Source: Tubiluchus corallicola
Lineage: Eukaryota > Animalia > Priapulida
Direction of reading: 5' to 3'
Length of the DNA stretch: 64,000 nt
Assembly: GCA_030141605.1 (NCBI GenBank)
Contig: JAQGDQ010000046.1
Span: 496,001 to 560,000, forward strand
Part shown: positions 25,905 through 38,945 of the stretch, piece after piece
Layout: each line of letters opens with the position of its first letter
Numbering within the stretch: the first letter of the stretch is position 1
The notes under the pieces: model-generated
Databases searched by the model: none
What the model saw: the letters and a program-made list of their open reading frames with translations, nothing else
What the model was told of the DNA's origin: nothing
Position numbers and translations under genes: made by a program

Positions 25905-28900
25905 CTATAAATTACATATTTATAAATCACACTCAGTAATTCATATTCATATAGATTTCAAACTTTGTCATTCTACTGGTCAAGCGCAGTAGTGTATTAC
26001 AAAAGGTTGACTGGTACCTCACAGGTATCTCTTAGTAAGCCTACTTTCTAAAGAAGGTCTATATTCACGAAGACTCGCAGTTTTTGCCTCAATCAACCCA
26101 TTGAACAAATTATCAACTACAACTACATATTGCTGCTGCTTCGATCGGTCAATTGCTTTAAAGCATATTTGAGAAGAGACAGCGACGGAGTTCAGCTTTA
26201 GGTAATTTATAACTTTGTAAGGTAAATTGTAAGGTAAGGTAAATAGATTCACATAGTAGATTGTACTATACCTTTTCCCAATGAGGTGACTTCTTGTGAA
26301 AAGCTGCCACACACTAACAGCAGAATCCGATATGCCATCGGTATAACAATTGCCAACATTTGGCTCTTCATTTTGGCCATGTCACATTTAATTCATTAGT
26401 CTAGCTAAGTGCAAAATTTCACTGCACTTAGCTGCGGAAAACGCGAACATGATTATCATGTTTTGTTGTCAAACTTCGCAAACTGAAATTCATTTTCATT
26501 TACAATCGAAAAGATTTTGTCGAATGTAAATATCTCTACAATAGCCTTTCAAATGAGAATTCGAATTGTGTTAATACAAATATTGAGGGTGGGAATTCAT
26601 ACTTGCGTCACAATTTGAGACGAAGGTTTAGAACTTGATACAAATAGTCTATTAACAATAATGCGTTGAATTTACGTGTTCATTTTATTTTTCACTTTAT
26701 TCACCAAAAAACTTGGCGATAAAGTTACAAAGCAGCTCATGGAGAGTAACGTGAAACCTTTGCCTTTCAAAATGCATTGGGCCAATCGTTTAGTCCGTCT
26801 TCTCAACTCTCAGTATAATAAATAGAATGGCGCGAGGACAATTCAACCGCACCATCTTAAACCTGCGCTTATTAAAGTTCAGCTAACACATTATCAATGC
26901 CATGTAACCATCTGTAATATAAGCTGAATCAACAAAATTTGCGTTCAAAATTCATTGATAAACATAGCGTTAACTAGTCACCCACACTTACGCAAAATAA
27001 CCTAACATATAGGCCTATGCAAATTACAAAATTTGAAGTTAAAAAGTTTAGTTTCCAATGGAAGAGGTCTAGCTAGAGACACGTGGGAGGGCTTTGACAA
27101 GCCAAATTAGCAGGAATTGAGCTAGAAATTTGTCTTGATGAACTTATAGGTCAGTGACAGCGTGCCTAGGCCTATCAACGTTGGGTTTTTAGCAAAAATT
27201 GTTCCCGTGAGGTAAGTGGCACTAACCGAAAAACGTGCTTGGCATCATAAGTGATACGTAAACCACGTAAATCATACGTAAATCATTTTTTCGAAATGAT
27301 CATAAGATACCAGTCCAATTTTAGGGTATATGTTGGCAAACAGTTAGTTTCTTTTTAGAGTACAGATGGCGATTCATAAACGTCCTGCAAATGTATGTTG
27401 AACAGAGTCAATCATGACTTTTGGTTCTAAGTTGTGATTTTATTTTTAAATCAGTAATTATTCGCTAAAAAATAATCATGATTAAAACAATTAATAATCG
27501 AAATAAAAAAAAGATGATTCACTACATTTGGAAGAGAACTCGCTCGCTTTTCCCACGCATTTAATAGGCTTATGAGAACGTCTCTGATTGAAAGACTTAT
27601 TGCAGAGCCTAGCTAGAAAACTAGAGAGACAGAGATCTACCTCACAGCGAGTATTTCGTGGTTCAAGGTCGACCAGGGATTCATCATTACCATTTCGACC
27701 AAGCCTAAGCTCTCGTAGTGGGGGATTAATTAATTGCCTAATTAGCAGCCAGTACTACAATTGTATAACGTCCGTGTCCACGTAATCTTCCATAGTGGTT
27801 GTGTTTTGTAACAGGCCGGCGTTGTCAGCGTTGCTGGGTATCAAACCCACATTTATTAAACTTTGGGAGGTACACGGTAAACGAAAGACCATTGAAAATC
27901 TTCAGTACATCATCCGCGTCTAATGATATGGTGAATTGGTTTGCCTTGAGAGACTGGTGAATGGATTAATTATTGGATAGCAAACATGATTTCTCATTTT
28001 TTAAATATTTTGCATATTATGTGACATAGTTCTGCCTACATATGGCTGGCTTTGGATATACTATAGCTACAAAATTTATCTGCTAGCCTATTACCATCGT
28101 GAAATGGGCAAACCAGAGCGAACAAGACTATACATGTTATGCAATGCATACTGCATTTGCATATTGATTATGAGTGAGATAAATTTAATTTAATAATGTA
28201 CTGACTTCCAACTTTATCTCAGTAATGTACAAAGTATAATAGATTTCTCATTCAGGTATAATCTAGTTGTTAATAACACATTTTGAGGATTAACGCGAGA
28301 TTAAAGACAAGGTATAAAACGAAATGATCACGACAAGGCTCCTCAATTACGTGTTCGCTACTTTGAAGATGCGACGAATGCAGACGTTGATAGTCGCTTT
28401 ATATTTAGTTTATAGATGAATTATTATGCTCCTTTACTTGAAAAAATAACCAATTTAGCAATTTTTATTAACTTAACGAGTAGAAACTAGTTTTTACTAC
28501 TGACGACTTTTCAACCCATAATAAAAATCTATTGTGCAAAGTGGAGTACCTGCTGCTACAGAGTTCTTTTTGCTTAAATGTAACCTGTGGTTCCGTGAAC
28601 TGTAATACGTATTATAACGTACATGAGCCATGTCAGTTGTTACCAGGTTATTTTGTTTGATTTTGAGAAGAAACATGCATTAAACTCCACTAACAGAAAG
28701 ATGCTGTAGTTCCAATGACGTCACTGCATTCAATACTTCCATAAAAAGAACTCTTAACAAATAAGTTCACAAGAAGCAATTTGCGTATAATATTATTATT
28801 ATAAAAATGATTAGTATTATCTTAGTAAAACATATGGATGCTCAATATATAGTATCATAACTGCATAAGTTAGGCTATTTCCCAGAATACACGGTGAACA

Positions 28901-29099
28901 AACAACAGGTAAACTTTTCCATTCTTTACCGCTGTTTATTGTGACAATAACATTATTTTCAAAGCAAAAAACATTACAAAGTAATAACATTACCAAATTA
29001 TGTGAGTGTCACATCAGTACCATCAGCACATTGATTTGACAAGCCGTAAAGAATGTGTGATATTATTGTTAGTTTTATCTTATCCAGGTAATACTATAT

Positions 29100-30321
29100 T
29101 GTGATGATCGGTTATACCACCCATCATTGTCGCAACACCTATTTTGATATATCTTTCCTATGACGTTGTGTGTGCATAATTAATGGTCTAATTACCTGAT
29201 TGATTTATTGCACTGTTTATTTAAACTTATATTACATTGTGTGTTTTTGTAAGATTTTGACACTAGATGGCTCTGGCCGCTTATTTCTCTGCTTACCTGT
29301 AATTAGGTTACCTGTAAATTCGAATACCAAATGGCTTCAACCTGTTTTGGGAGCTTACTACAGAGTTCCTGTTTTACACTAGTTATGTTCTGACTGTCAA
29401 AGTTACAGGGTGGTGGAGTTTTGCTGGTTAGTCCACATCCTGAGGTTATTTTATATGGCTGAACACCAAGTTTGGTGTGAACCTGTCTTTAATGATACTC
29501 GTATGCAGTGAGATGATTTGTCACAAAGACAATGGTTTTGTCTACTTTTGTTTATTCGTTGTTTGCTGTGATGACACTGTCTTGACATTCCAAGAAGCAA
29601 GTGTTTGGTAACCATATTTCTACCTGCAGAATAGGACTCAAATTCTCGCTGAATAGTAGTGGAAAACTAGTTTAGGACCAGTTCTACCTGGACCAATGGT
29701 CTGTCTGTTCGTCTGAACTGAAGGTTCTGTTTGTCACCCTGCAAAAGGACGATATCTGGCTTTATTACTGGAAGTCTGAGGCAACCAGGCAAGAGTTCAA
29801 TCCCGAGGCAACCAGGTACGAGTTCAACCGCTGAATTGCTGGAGAAGTTTTAAAGCGTGGTCCATGCAGAGGCTGGATTGGTGACCATTGGCAAAGAGTT
29901 GCTGGCGAGGACGTGGCTGACTACTGGAGATGAAAAGCTGATGTAGCACGGTTGGAGACTCAAGAGCGTGGTTGATAGATCCAAAAGCCTGATGAGAGAC
30001 AGAAGCGTAGCCGGCCAACGTTACTTTTGGGGGAATTAGGTATTGTTCGAAATTGTTATCAGTTCAATTTTGCTATCATTGTTTTACTGATTAAATTCTA
30101 AATCTAAATATTAGCTTTTAGTTCCGTTTTCGTTCTGATTAAATAATTTCCACGTGCACACAAGTGTTTCACCACAAGTGTGTGACACGGATCCACGTAG
30201 CCTCACAAATAAATGATTATCCTGTAGATTTAGCATATAAAAGTGACGAAAACGCTCGAGAACCTTGAACACAGTACTCTGATTTCTTAAGGTCCTAACT
30301 TAGTTATTACACGGCGTCACA
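29100..30321 (+). mobile_element. Solo LTR (about 1.2 kb)
   Basis: Begins TGTGATG and ends CGTCACA (TG..CA with a short inverted repeat); identical TATAT 5-bp flanks at 29095-29099 and 30322-30326; ATTAAA/AATAAA in the distal third; no ORF. Confidence 0.6.
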
Positions 30322-30948
30322 TATATCTTACCAATATAATAATTTATATCTTACCAAAAATGGCGGATTCATTATCTGCAGCTGTCGGAAAAGTTAGATT
30401 CTTGAAACTGTTCAAAAGATAAATCGTGTGTTCAGCTTTTCATGCGTCATCAATTTTATTGTACGAAATTGGTAAAACCTAGCACACCAAAATCAGAAGT
30501 TTGACTCATTAGCTGTCATATACCTTTACAAGCTTAAAAACACTAAAACCTATATCGCAAACCGATTGCATAATGCAGCAATGTGCAATCCAAAATAAAT
30601 CTTTATTCTCTAAATTTTTTAGGTTTCTGAATGCTAGAGTAAATTTTCTTTGCTAACAAGTAGATCATTAACAATTTTTCGTGCCGTTAACTTTTGAAAT
30701 AAGCACCGTATAGTCAACTCGAACAACTAGAAGTTTGATTTGTTTTTAGGTACGTAAAGTGAGAAATTTGTGTTTCTGCGCATTTCCAATGAGCATGTGC
30801 AGCAGGTTTGCTGTTTCATATGCTTTGGTTATAGCAAGCATTACAGTAAGCTAAAATCATCATCTTGGCGTTGTAAATTAGTCTATTACTAAGGGAAGCC
30901 AAATACACCTACTTTTCTGAAATTACTAAAAATACATAAATTACTCAC

Positions 30949-31076
30949 TGTAACATTAAACTCAAACAGAAATGTCACTCCTGATGTAGTCTTTGTTTGA
31001 AGCAAAATTGCACATTCTCCTGCTGAAAGACTTAATGGTGGAAGTATGGGATCAGTGTTGTTATATAAGAAACTAC
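30949..31076 (-). CDS. Candidate upstream exon (gene B or ghost gene), possibly C-type-lectin-like
   Basis: Clean ttttag acceptor and gtgagt donor; open frame GSFLYNNTDPILPPLSLSAGECAILLQTKTTSGVTFLFEFNVT; linkage to other exons not resolved. Confidence 0.5.
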
Positions 31077-31395
31077 CTAAAAAGTAATAATGAGTTAATC
31101 AAATTAATCACCTAAACTAACTACTGCCAACCTGCTTGCCTAGTGAATATGTTATGATGACACACAGTAAGCGTACGTACTGAGTAATGTTATGATGCTT
31201 ATATAACGCTTTAAATCATATTTACATTTCTCTTAACCACAAAGCTTGACATTTGCTCGATCAACTGCCCTAAGTGCAAGTTGTAGTTGCAGTACAAGAA
31301 CTATAACGATTAGCGTGTAACCTGTGTTTGATGGTGATCATGTGCCTCTGAAACGTAAACGCTAATGACATATTGTTAGAATGCAATTTTCTAAT

Positions 31396-31802
31396 TACTC
31401 ACTTAAGGTCACCGACAATCGTAGTTTAATAAAAAGCATCCATAGCACTGCAGCGGCTGCATATTTTTACCTTTAGAGTCTGGCATTTCAGTCTTATCTG
31501 TGTGACTTTTGTAATAAAATTCGTAGTTGAGTGACACATTTTCGCTAATAGTCCTGTTGCATTTTCCTGTGCTTCCGTTACACGAAAGCACGCGTGCAGA
31601 TACTGACAGCTGCGTTCTAACTCGTGCATGTGTGTGTGTGTGCGTGCGTGCGTGTGTGTCTGCTGGAAGAAACCCGTCGCTTTTCTTGGGCGTTCGACAG
31701 GTCACAAGGTCAAAAATGTTAAAATAAACGTATTACACACATGTATATCTGACATACGTGATTGCATCTACAGTGTGCACGGGTCTACATTTTTAATGAG
31801 TA
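31396..31802. repeat. Short non-autonomous element carrying a (TG)n/(TGCG)n microsatellite
   Basis: tgtgtgtgtgtgcgtgcgtgcgtgtgtg at ~31628-31658; AGGTCACAAGGTCAAA motif; short inverted ends TACTCA.TTAA / TTAATGAGTA. Confidence 0.4.
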
Positions 31803-32895
31803 GCCTTTAGTTTCTTTTTATGTTTATCGCTAACATAAAATGGCGGTATGAAGAATATTGCCAACACTTTTGTGAACCATAATGTGTAAATCAGCAAAAT
31901 TTTTAAACTAAACTGGTTTGTAATGCATAATTCATTGGCACTATAATTTTATTTTAACCTCATTATGCAGAAATTACTTCAAGACTACTAAAAACACATC
32001 AAACAATATAATGTGTAAATAACGATAACCAGGCACCCCTACACTTTAGTTGAGTCTAACACTAATAAGTGTGTTTGGTACTACATTTTTATTTATAGTG
32101 TAATCCACTCCTATGCTGATTGTAATTGTAGTGCTGTCATGTGAATACTAACGTTCTGGATACCATAAGTCGTATCGTGCTTAAAACAGGCAGCTTCTGC
32201 ACTGCTCTTGAATGTTATAAGTTCGAATCAAAGAAAAAGAAAAATTGTAAATTGCAATATTTGTAAATTGTAAATTGAGAACTTTTTTGCCAGAATGAAT
32301 TACTTCCCAGAAAGAAAATCTTCCCAGAAATTCTTAGAATTGCTGTCATTCAGAGGATGGGAATCGTCATTTCATAGAAAATAAAATTTACAAAAATGAA
32401 ATAAACCTTTTTTAAATTTTTTAAATCATAATTAGAAATATTATGCAATAAAAACTTATTTTATCTACGTGCATTGATTAGTAGAGATCATATGATCAAA
32501 AAATTTGGTAAACTCGTTAAACTGTAAAATTTTTTGAAGGATCGTAATTGGCCAAATTTAGACACCAAGATATTCACGAGTCTATAGAGATTGCAAAACC
32601 TTGATGTTTTCATTTCCTACACATGTAATAACATTAATCTATTTTCTATTAATAAATAAAACTCTATTTCAAATTCTATGAAAATAAATTGTATTTGAAC
32701 TGATTATACCCAGAAAATGATACAATTCTAATTATATTTTAAGAAAGCAGTTTCATCCTAAAAACAATGCAAACATTTCCTGAAAACAACTTAAAACTGT
32801 AACAACGAAGTTTCAAAACCTCTTAAAAATTGCATCATTTGAAATGATTTTGATACCTAATAACCATTAATCAAAGCACATGCAGATAATTAAAA

Positions 32896-33046
32896 AGTAG
32901 AAAGAAAGGGAATGAGAGGGAGGTCGCCGTGCGAGAGATGAGAGAAAGAGAGGGAGGGAGGTAACTGGTAGAGAAGATAAGGAGAGAGAACCAGAAGGAT
33001 AGGGAGCTAGAGGAGGAGAACGAGAAGGAGAGAATGACTGGCAGAG

Positions 33047-33093
<47 letters not shown>

Positions 33094-33530
33094 GAAAAAA
33101 GGTAAAGAAAGACAAGACAGGGGAAGAGATAAAAACAGAGGGAAGAAAGAGAGTAGGAAAGGAGAAGGAGAGAGATAAAGGTAGAGACGGAGTAAAAAGG
33201 AGAGGGAGGGAAAGACATATATGGAGCTGAGAAAGAAAGAGGAGAGGATTAGAGGGGATAGGAAGGGAAGGAAATATAACGAGGGAGAGAGAAGCGCAGA
33301 GAGAGAGAGTCGTACTAAAATAGCTGATTTGGCGATTAAAACGTAACCGTCATTAAGACAGGGAGATAGAGAGAAAGAGAGTTGGAAAGGACGAGCGGAG
33401 AGATAAGGAAAGAGAGGAAGGAAAAACGAGAGAGAACGGAAGAGACAGATAGGGAGAAGAGAGAGGTTTAGGATCAGAGAGGGTAGTAAGGGAAGGAAGT
33501 ATAAAGAGGGAGAAAACAGAGAGAATCGAA
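32896..33530. repeat. Polypurine GA-rich tract including (GA)n microsatellite
   Basis: About 630 nt almost purely A/G on +; perfect (GA)n ~33051-33089; left flank homologous to the flank of the 45320 tract. Confidence 0.85.
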
Positions 33531-34267
33531 TGCTTTAGGCCTGTTACGTAACCGCGATTTTTCTGTTAAAAAATCTTTCTGGAGAAACGAATTTTCGGGG
33601 GGAAAGTTTTCTGGGAAAAATTTGTCTGGCAATTCTTTTTTTTTTGAGAAAACGCCTAAACCGTCAAGCGAGTGTGGCATTTACTGCAGCGCCGGCTATA
33701 GACACCCCTGACGCTGATCACCCTAAATTTCTAATACATTGCTATTACTGTATTGCAATTATAACAAACCTTATCTGTTTGTAGGCTGACATTCGTAAAA
33801 TAGCTGACACACAAGAGCACTGCTATCCAAAGTTATATTATTACGTCAAACATTTTTCTGTCATTTTGAGAAGTGGCATGAGTAAGGATTACGAATTGCT
33901 TGACGTTTTCGAACAGTTTTGGTAAGCTTCGTAAAACATGCTGTTAGCCGTTTGATGCTAGTGCAACGATGAAAAACTCTCAGAAACATTCTAAAGCACT
34001 CGCGGCATAAAACGAACATAATGACAAAAATTAAAACGTGATTGTTGTAGAACTCTTTATTGCTATATCTTACTCGTACATAAATTAACAGGTTCCTCTG
34101 CGTTTCAATCACGAGTTATGGCGCGTTCAGATGCAGAGTTTTTCCGCAATTTTTCTCTGGTAGTAAACTTGCAGATGTGAACGGCTTGGCAACTTCCTAC
34201 GTCTGAAAGCGACATTAGAACACAGCGCGCACATCAGCTTAGTAGCAAAAAGATTTTTAGCTACACG

Positions 34268-36378
34268 CAGGGGCGTATTAAGACTTTAGGACGCCCTAGG
34301 TTGACAGTACTGTTCCGCCAATCTCTATTAAGAATTGACGGCTGCTTAAGTAATGAGAAAGCTAAATAATTACTTGTGGTGTGCTAAAAACACTATTAAC
34401 CTAGTTTCTAATTTCTCATTATTAAATGCATCTATTTGCATAGCGATTATACTTAAGCAGGCTCCACAACTGCTTGTTTGGTAGTATCTTACAATTATTC
34501 GTTGCGTGGTACTTAATAGATGGTACTTATATACTCGAAAACTAATTACTCTGTTAAACTCACTGGCGGATTAACAGAGGATATATCATCCTCCTTGGGT
34601 GTTAAGCAAGGATGTACGTTGAGCACGGCTCTTTTTTCCTTGTATATCAATGACTTGCCAACAGTTTTCATATCTAATTAATGCGATCCCGTCAGTCTAG
34701 GCAATTTTGAAACTAACTGTCTTCTCTATGCAGATGATATGGTCTAATTTCCGTAATCCCAGTCAGGATTGCAACAATGCCTTAATAAGCTGAATGATTA
34801 TTGTAGCGAATGGACTAAAAAGACAGAAATTATTGTTTTTAACAAAGCAAGCAGAATTCTAAAAAAGACCTAAACTTTGGTCATGGGTCTGATAAACTGA
34901 ATTATAGTCCAATCCTATAAATACTTAGGGGTCGAATTTTTTACGCCTGGTGCTTTCAGGCAAAGCTATACCAAACTAAAAGACAAAGGCCTGAAAACTT
35001 TTTACTGCACGAAAAAGTACATCTCAAATTGTGCAAACACATACTATTATCAAATTATTTGAACATACTATGGAACCTATCATACTATATGGCTCCTGTG
35101 TATGGGGCCTAGCATTATTAAAATTAAAAACAATCAGACTAAATTTGACAGTGTGCCAAGCGAAGAAGTCAATATTAAATTATGCAGATCATAAATTATT
35201 CTGTCAATAACAAATCAAGCAAATATGCGACTAGGGCAGAACTAGGCTGTTTGCTCATTTTTATTAAAATAATTAAGTATGCAATCCGCTACTGGATACA
35301 GTAGTTGTTAGCCAACCTTATGATAGCTATGTATACCAATCTTATAACGAAAACCGAAACTTAGCTGAGAACAGTTTTTGTTGCATTACTTCCGTTAAGT
35401 GTATATATTATGTGTATATGGCTTTGAACATGTTTGGAATAACCAGACAACGTTTTCACATAAGCATCTGCTTAATAAATTTGAAGAAAAAAGAATAACA
35501 GATTATACCCTATTTTGGAAAGAAATCCATAGTTCTGACAAACCTGATGGCCAAAACAAACTGCGAACGTATCGAACCATCAAAAACAATATGAACCAGA
35601 AAACTATTTACTTTCTGGTTATTCCAAATGTGCTATAACAAAATTTACAAAACTCAGAATCAGCTCTCATACTTTGTGCATTGAAAGAGGGAGGTACGTT
35701 AAAACTAGAAAAATGCCAGCTGAGAATCGTTTATGCTCATACTGTTTAAGAATTGAAATCGAAGACGAATTACACTTTGTTATAAAATGTCCATAGTACA
35801 ATGATCTTAGAGAAATTATATAATCGCATTAACATAATTATATCAGAATTTTTCCTGATACATGAGCGGTGCTGATAAATTTTTATTCTTGATGGGAAGT
35901 AATGATTGAGAAGTAATTAAGGCATTTATTGATTATGTTGAAAAAGCGTTTTTAAGACATGATGAACAACATACTATGTTATGATCATATCACTGAAATG
36001 AGGCCTAATGAATGACAACTTATTTTAAATACTAATTTTAAACTTTTCATTGAATAACTAATATAACTAACAGGAAGATTTAATAATATTTATTTTATTA
36101 GTAATTGATTTGTTTGTATATGATGTCATTATATTTCAAAATTGAAATTGTATGTATGTCTTGTTTTTTGTATTGTATGTATTTTTGACACTAATACATA
36201 AAATAAATACATAAAAGCTGAGTTCAGTAACTGTCTGTGGTATGTTACAAAATGTGCCCTTTACATGAATATGAAAGTACAAGCATTTTCCGAGAATGAG
36301 AATTTTTTCTAAAATGTAACGCTCAAATATTGCGCCCTAGGCTATAGCCTAGTTAGTTTATTGGCTATAATATTCCTG
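34268..36378. mobile_element. hAT-type MITE interrupted by a LINE
   Basis: Ends CAGGGGCGTATTA / TAATATTCCTG; 8-bp flanks GCTACACG (34260-34267) and GCTACAGG (36379-36386); CGCCCTAGG near both ends. Confidence 0.55.
34490..36215 (+). mobile_element. 5'-truncated, degenerate LINE: reverse transcriptase plus C-terminal CCHC region (RTE-X-like; clade uncertain)
   Basis: GVKQGCTLSTALFSLYINDL (~34598), CLLYADD (~34718), YKYLG (~34916), KLRISSHTLCIERGRY...RLCSYC...IEDELHFVIKCP (~35650-35793); stops and frameshifts; A-rich tail ~36193-36216. Confidence 0.85.
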
Positions 36379-36595
36379 GCTACAGGAATGGTAATGGTAA
36401 AACGTGAAATTTTATGAGTTTGCCGCTATGGTGTAATCAGTAAAGAAGCAAAAATACAACAGATATGTATAAGATTGAAGAAAGTGAAACGAAGTGGTGT
36501 TGAACTTGTTATTTTTAACACGGCCAGCACGTTCTGCAAGCGCATGAGCAAATCCTTTTAACATACGCCGTTAATATATTCTTCTATTGCGAATA

Positions 36596-37345
36596 TAGGT
36601 AAAAATGGCACACTCAATACAATACGAGCTTAAGCTAAGGGTTACAGTGAAGCATAATTATTTTCAACTCAGCTTGATAGTTTGTTTGATTGCTTTTGTT
36701 TGTTATAGCAGTATAAGCCTATTACGCAAAAACTACCTAACAGATGTCCAAGAAACTTTGTAAAGAAAGGCGGTTATAAAGTGTCGAAATTGGAAAATTT
36801 TCGCCGGTTCTTTTTTTGGAAAACTTGACCGAACACCACGTGCACAAAACATTCGTGGAGGTCTGAGAGAATGTTTATTACTTCTTTTTTGTTATCTACA
36901 CTTGGACGAACAACTATGACTTAGGTCCAGTTACATTTCGAAAAATTCTCGTTTGTGAAACTGTGTAACGCTGTCTATAACGTTTGCTTATTATTGTGTA
37001 TAACCTTAAAATGCAACTTGGTAAGTATATATTTGTCAGTCTATTACGATCGCCAAAATTAATGGTGTAAATGTAGATAAACATCAAGTGGAACATTCGC
37101 GCATTATTAATTATAAACCCATTTAATGAACAAATATTTTGTGGGTCATTCGTTAGTCTATGTAATACTAACATAGGTACATTTTTGCATGTTTGCTTGT
37201 TTATCTTTGTGTTAAATTTTTTGAATCAAAAGAATCAGACGAATAAGTTTAGGAATGCTCGGCTTCCTGCTGAGCACATTTTAGTTTTATTATAGAAATC
37301 AATTGCATTAAAATAATGTGCGCTACTTTTTTCTCACCGTGCACC
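36596..37345. mobile_element. Copy of dispersed AAAATGGCAC-repeat MITE family
   Basis: Long colinear similarity to 50810-51570 (e.g. tgcttgtttatctttgtgttaaattttttgaatcaaaagaatcaga shared). Confidence 0.75.
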
Positions 37346-38756
37346 TTTTATTATCGTAGGCCTCGATTGTCCGGATTGTCTGGCTCTAAGATGACAAAAA
37401 AGTACGGATAATTAGACTTGCATAGTAATGCCTGTCTAACAGAGATACATTATTTTCAATTGATCTCTGAGATGTAACTCACCTAGCTTATCAGAAAACT
37501 TGACAAAAATCACATATTTTTAGAATCAACTTATTATTTTTGGTTCATTTCATAATAACGCGATAAAAAAAGCGTTAATCAAAAAAGTACAGAGCGTTGC
37601 TAGCAAACATCAGTAAAACAGAAACAAATGAAAAGTGCCTTATGACATATGCCAAAGATCATTTCAAGAATATCACTACATGTATCATGGAAAACCCAGC
37701 TGGAAGTGCAATACTCAGCTCTAGTACATTTGTACAACTGGTATGCAAGAAACACTAAACTGCTTACAGTTTAGTAGCTCAGCAAGGTGTCCACTACTGT
37801 TAAAAACAGTATGTAATCGATAATTGTTTTAATGACATAAATAATTTTTATTGCCTATGTGTTAGTGCAGATTCTTTAACACATTGGTGTCAAATTAACA
37901 GGGTGATCCCTCACTGGACAAAACAACAATATCGTGACCACGGCAGCATACCTTAGCATACAACTGATTTTGAATGCAAACTTCAAAAAAATTTAAAATT
38001 GTATTTTATGAGTTTATCACCAATCCATATGCAGGCATTTTGATTAATAATTATATTATAATATAATTTATTTTCAAAAATTTATCTATACTTATGCAAA
38101 ATTATAAATTATGTACAAAAATTATAAACATATATTTTCAATAATTTACAATATTTAACAAATTACATATGAAATTAAATAAATGAATATCAACAAACAC
38201 TGTATATTTCTAAAAACTGTTGAATGACTAGCCATTTTTAAAGTGGCTGTTTTAGCTATCACAGTTTAAGTATGAATATTTTGATGCTTAATTAATAGGA
38301 AGATATTGATACACAAAGGTTTTTACTTTTTACCCTTCACATTTTAGTTGAAAGTGCAAATGTCTAAGACTCACACACAAAGTCCTATAATTATATAATA
38401 AATTGCAGGTTTCGCAATGCAGCTTACTATATTAGAATCTCTCTTTAGGCTATCTGCAAAAGTGTTCATTAGTAATAAACCTCAATGTAAAAACAACCAG
38501 GATTGGGGGCGGGGGTGAGGTGGTGGTCAAAAACATTACATTGTAATATGAGAAGACGGGACAATTAACTATAAAAAAGACAAGGGCCCAGTATTTCTAC
38601 AGATCAAGCTGCATATTTTTTGGATTTAGCACTTATAAATTCATTAGTTTAATATTACTTTCAAATGTTTGCATCACACTGAAGCAGGTTTTGGGTATAA
38701 AAACATCAATGATGAAATTAATGATAAATCACTTATTAAATATTAATTTGGTGTTA

Positions 38757-38762
38757 TTTATT
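38757..38762 (-). terminator. Candidate polyadenylation signal AATAAA of gene A
   Basis: tttatt on the + strand about 185 nt past the stop; the AT-rich context makes chance occurrence likely. Confidence 0.3.
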
Positions 38763-38945
38763 ATTTTTACAATTGCCTGCCCGATCAAATCTGGCACTAA
38801 AAATAAGCTTTCTTTTCCAGTTTGATGCAACTATAAGTTCCTAAACTTAACAAATGCAGCGGAGGTCTGAACAGCTACTTATTTTAAAAATTTCATTAGT
38901 TTTCAATATAATTAAATTGCGATGTTCTTACGTGGCATTTGAAAT

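Larger units (their letters stand above)
5990..27953 (-). pseudogene. Degenerate PKD/REJ paralog, fragments interleaved with gene B exons
   Basis: Six colinear islands with stops or frameshifts: 27730-27953, 26018-26400, 21895-22142, 12570-13085, 8077-8308, 5990-6492. Each resembles the successive PKD, REJ and GAIN-stalk segments by eye, and several retain AG/GT ends. Confidence 0.5.

Noticed and set aside
32867-33218. Ser/Leu/Phe-rich ORFs (also 45284-45547)
   Set aside because: Artefacts of translating GA/CT-rich simple sequence
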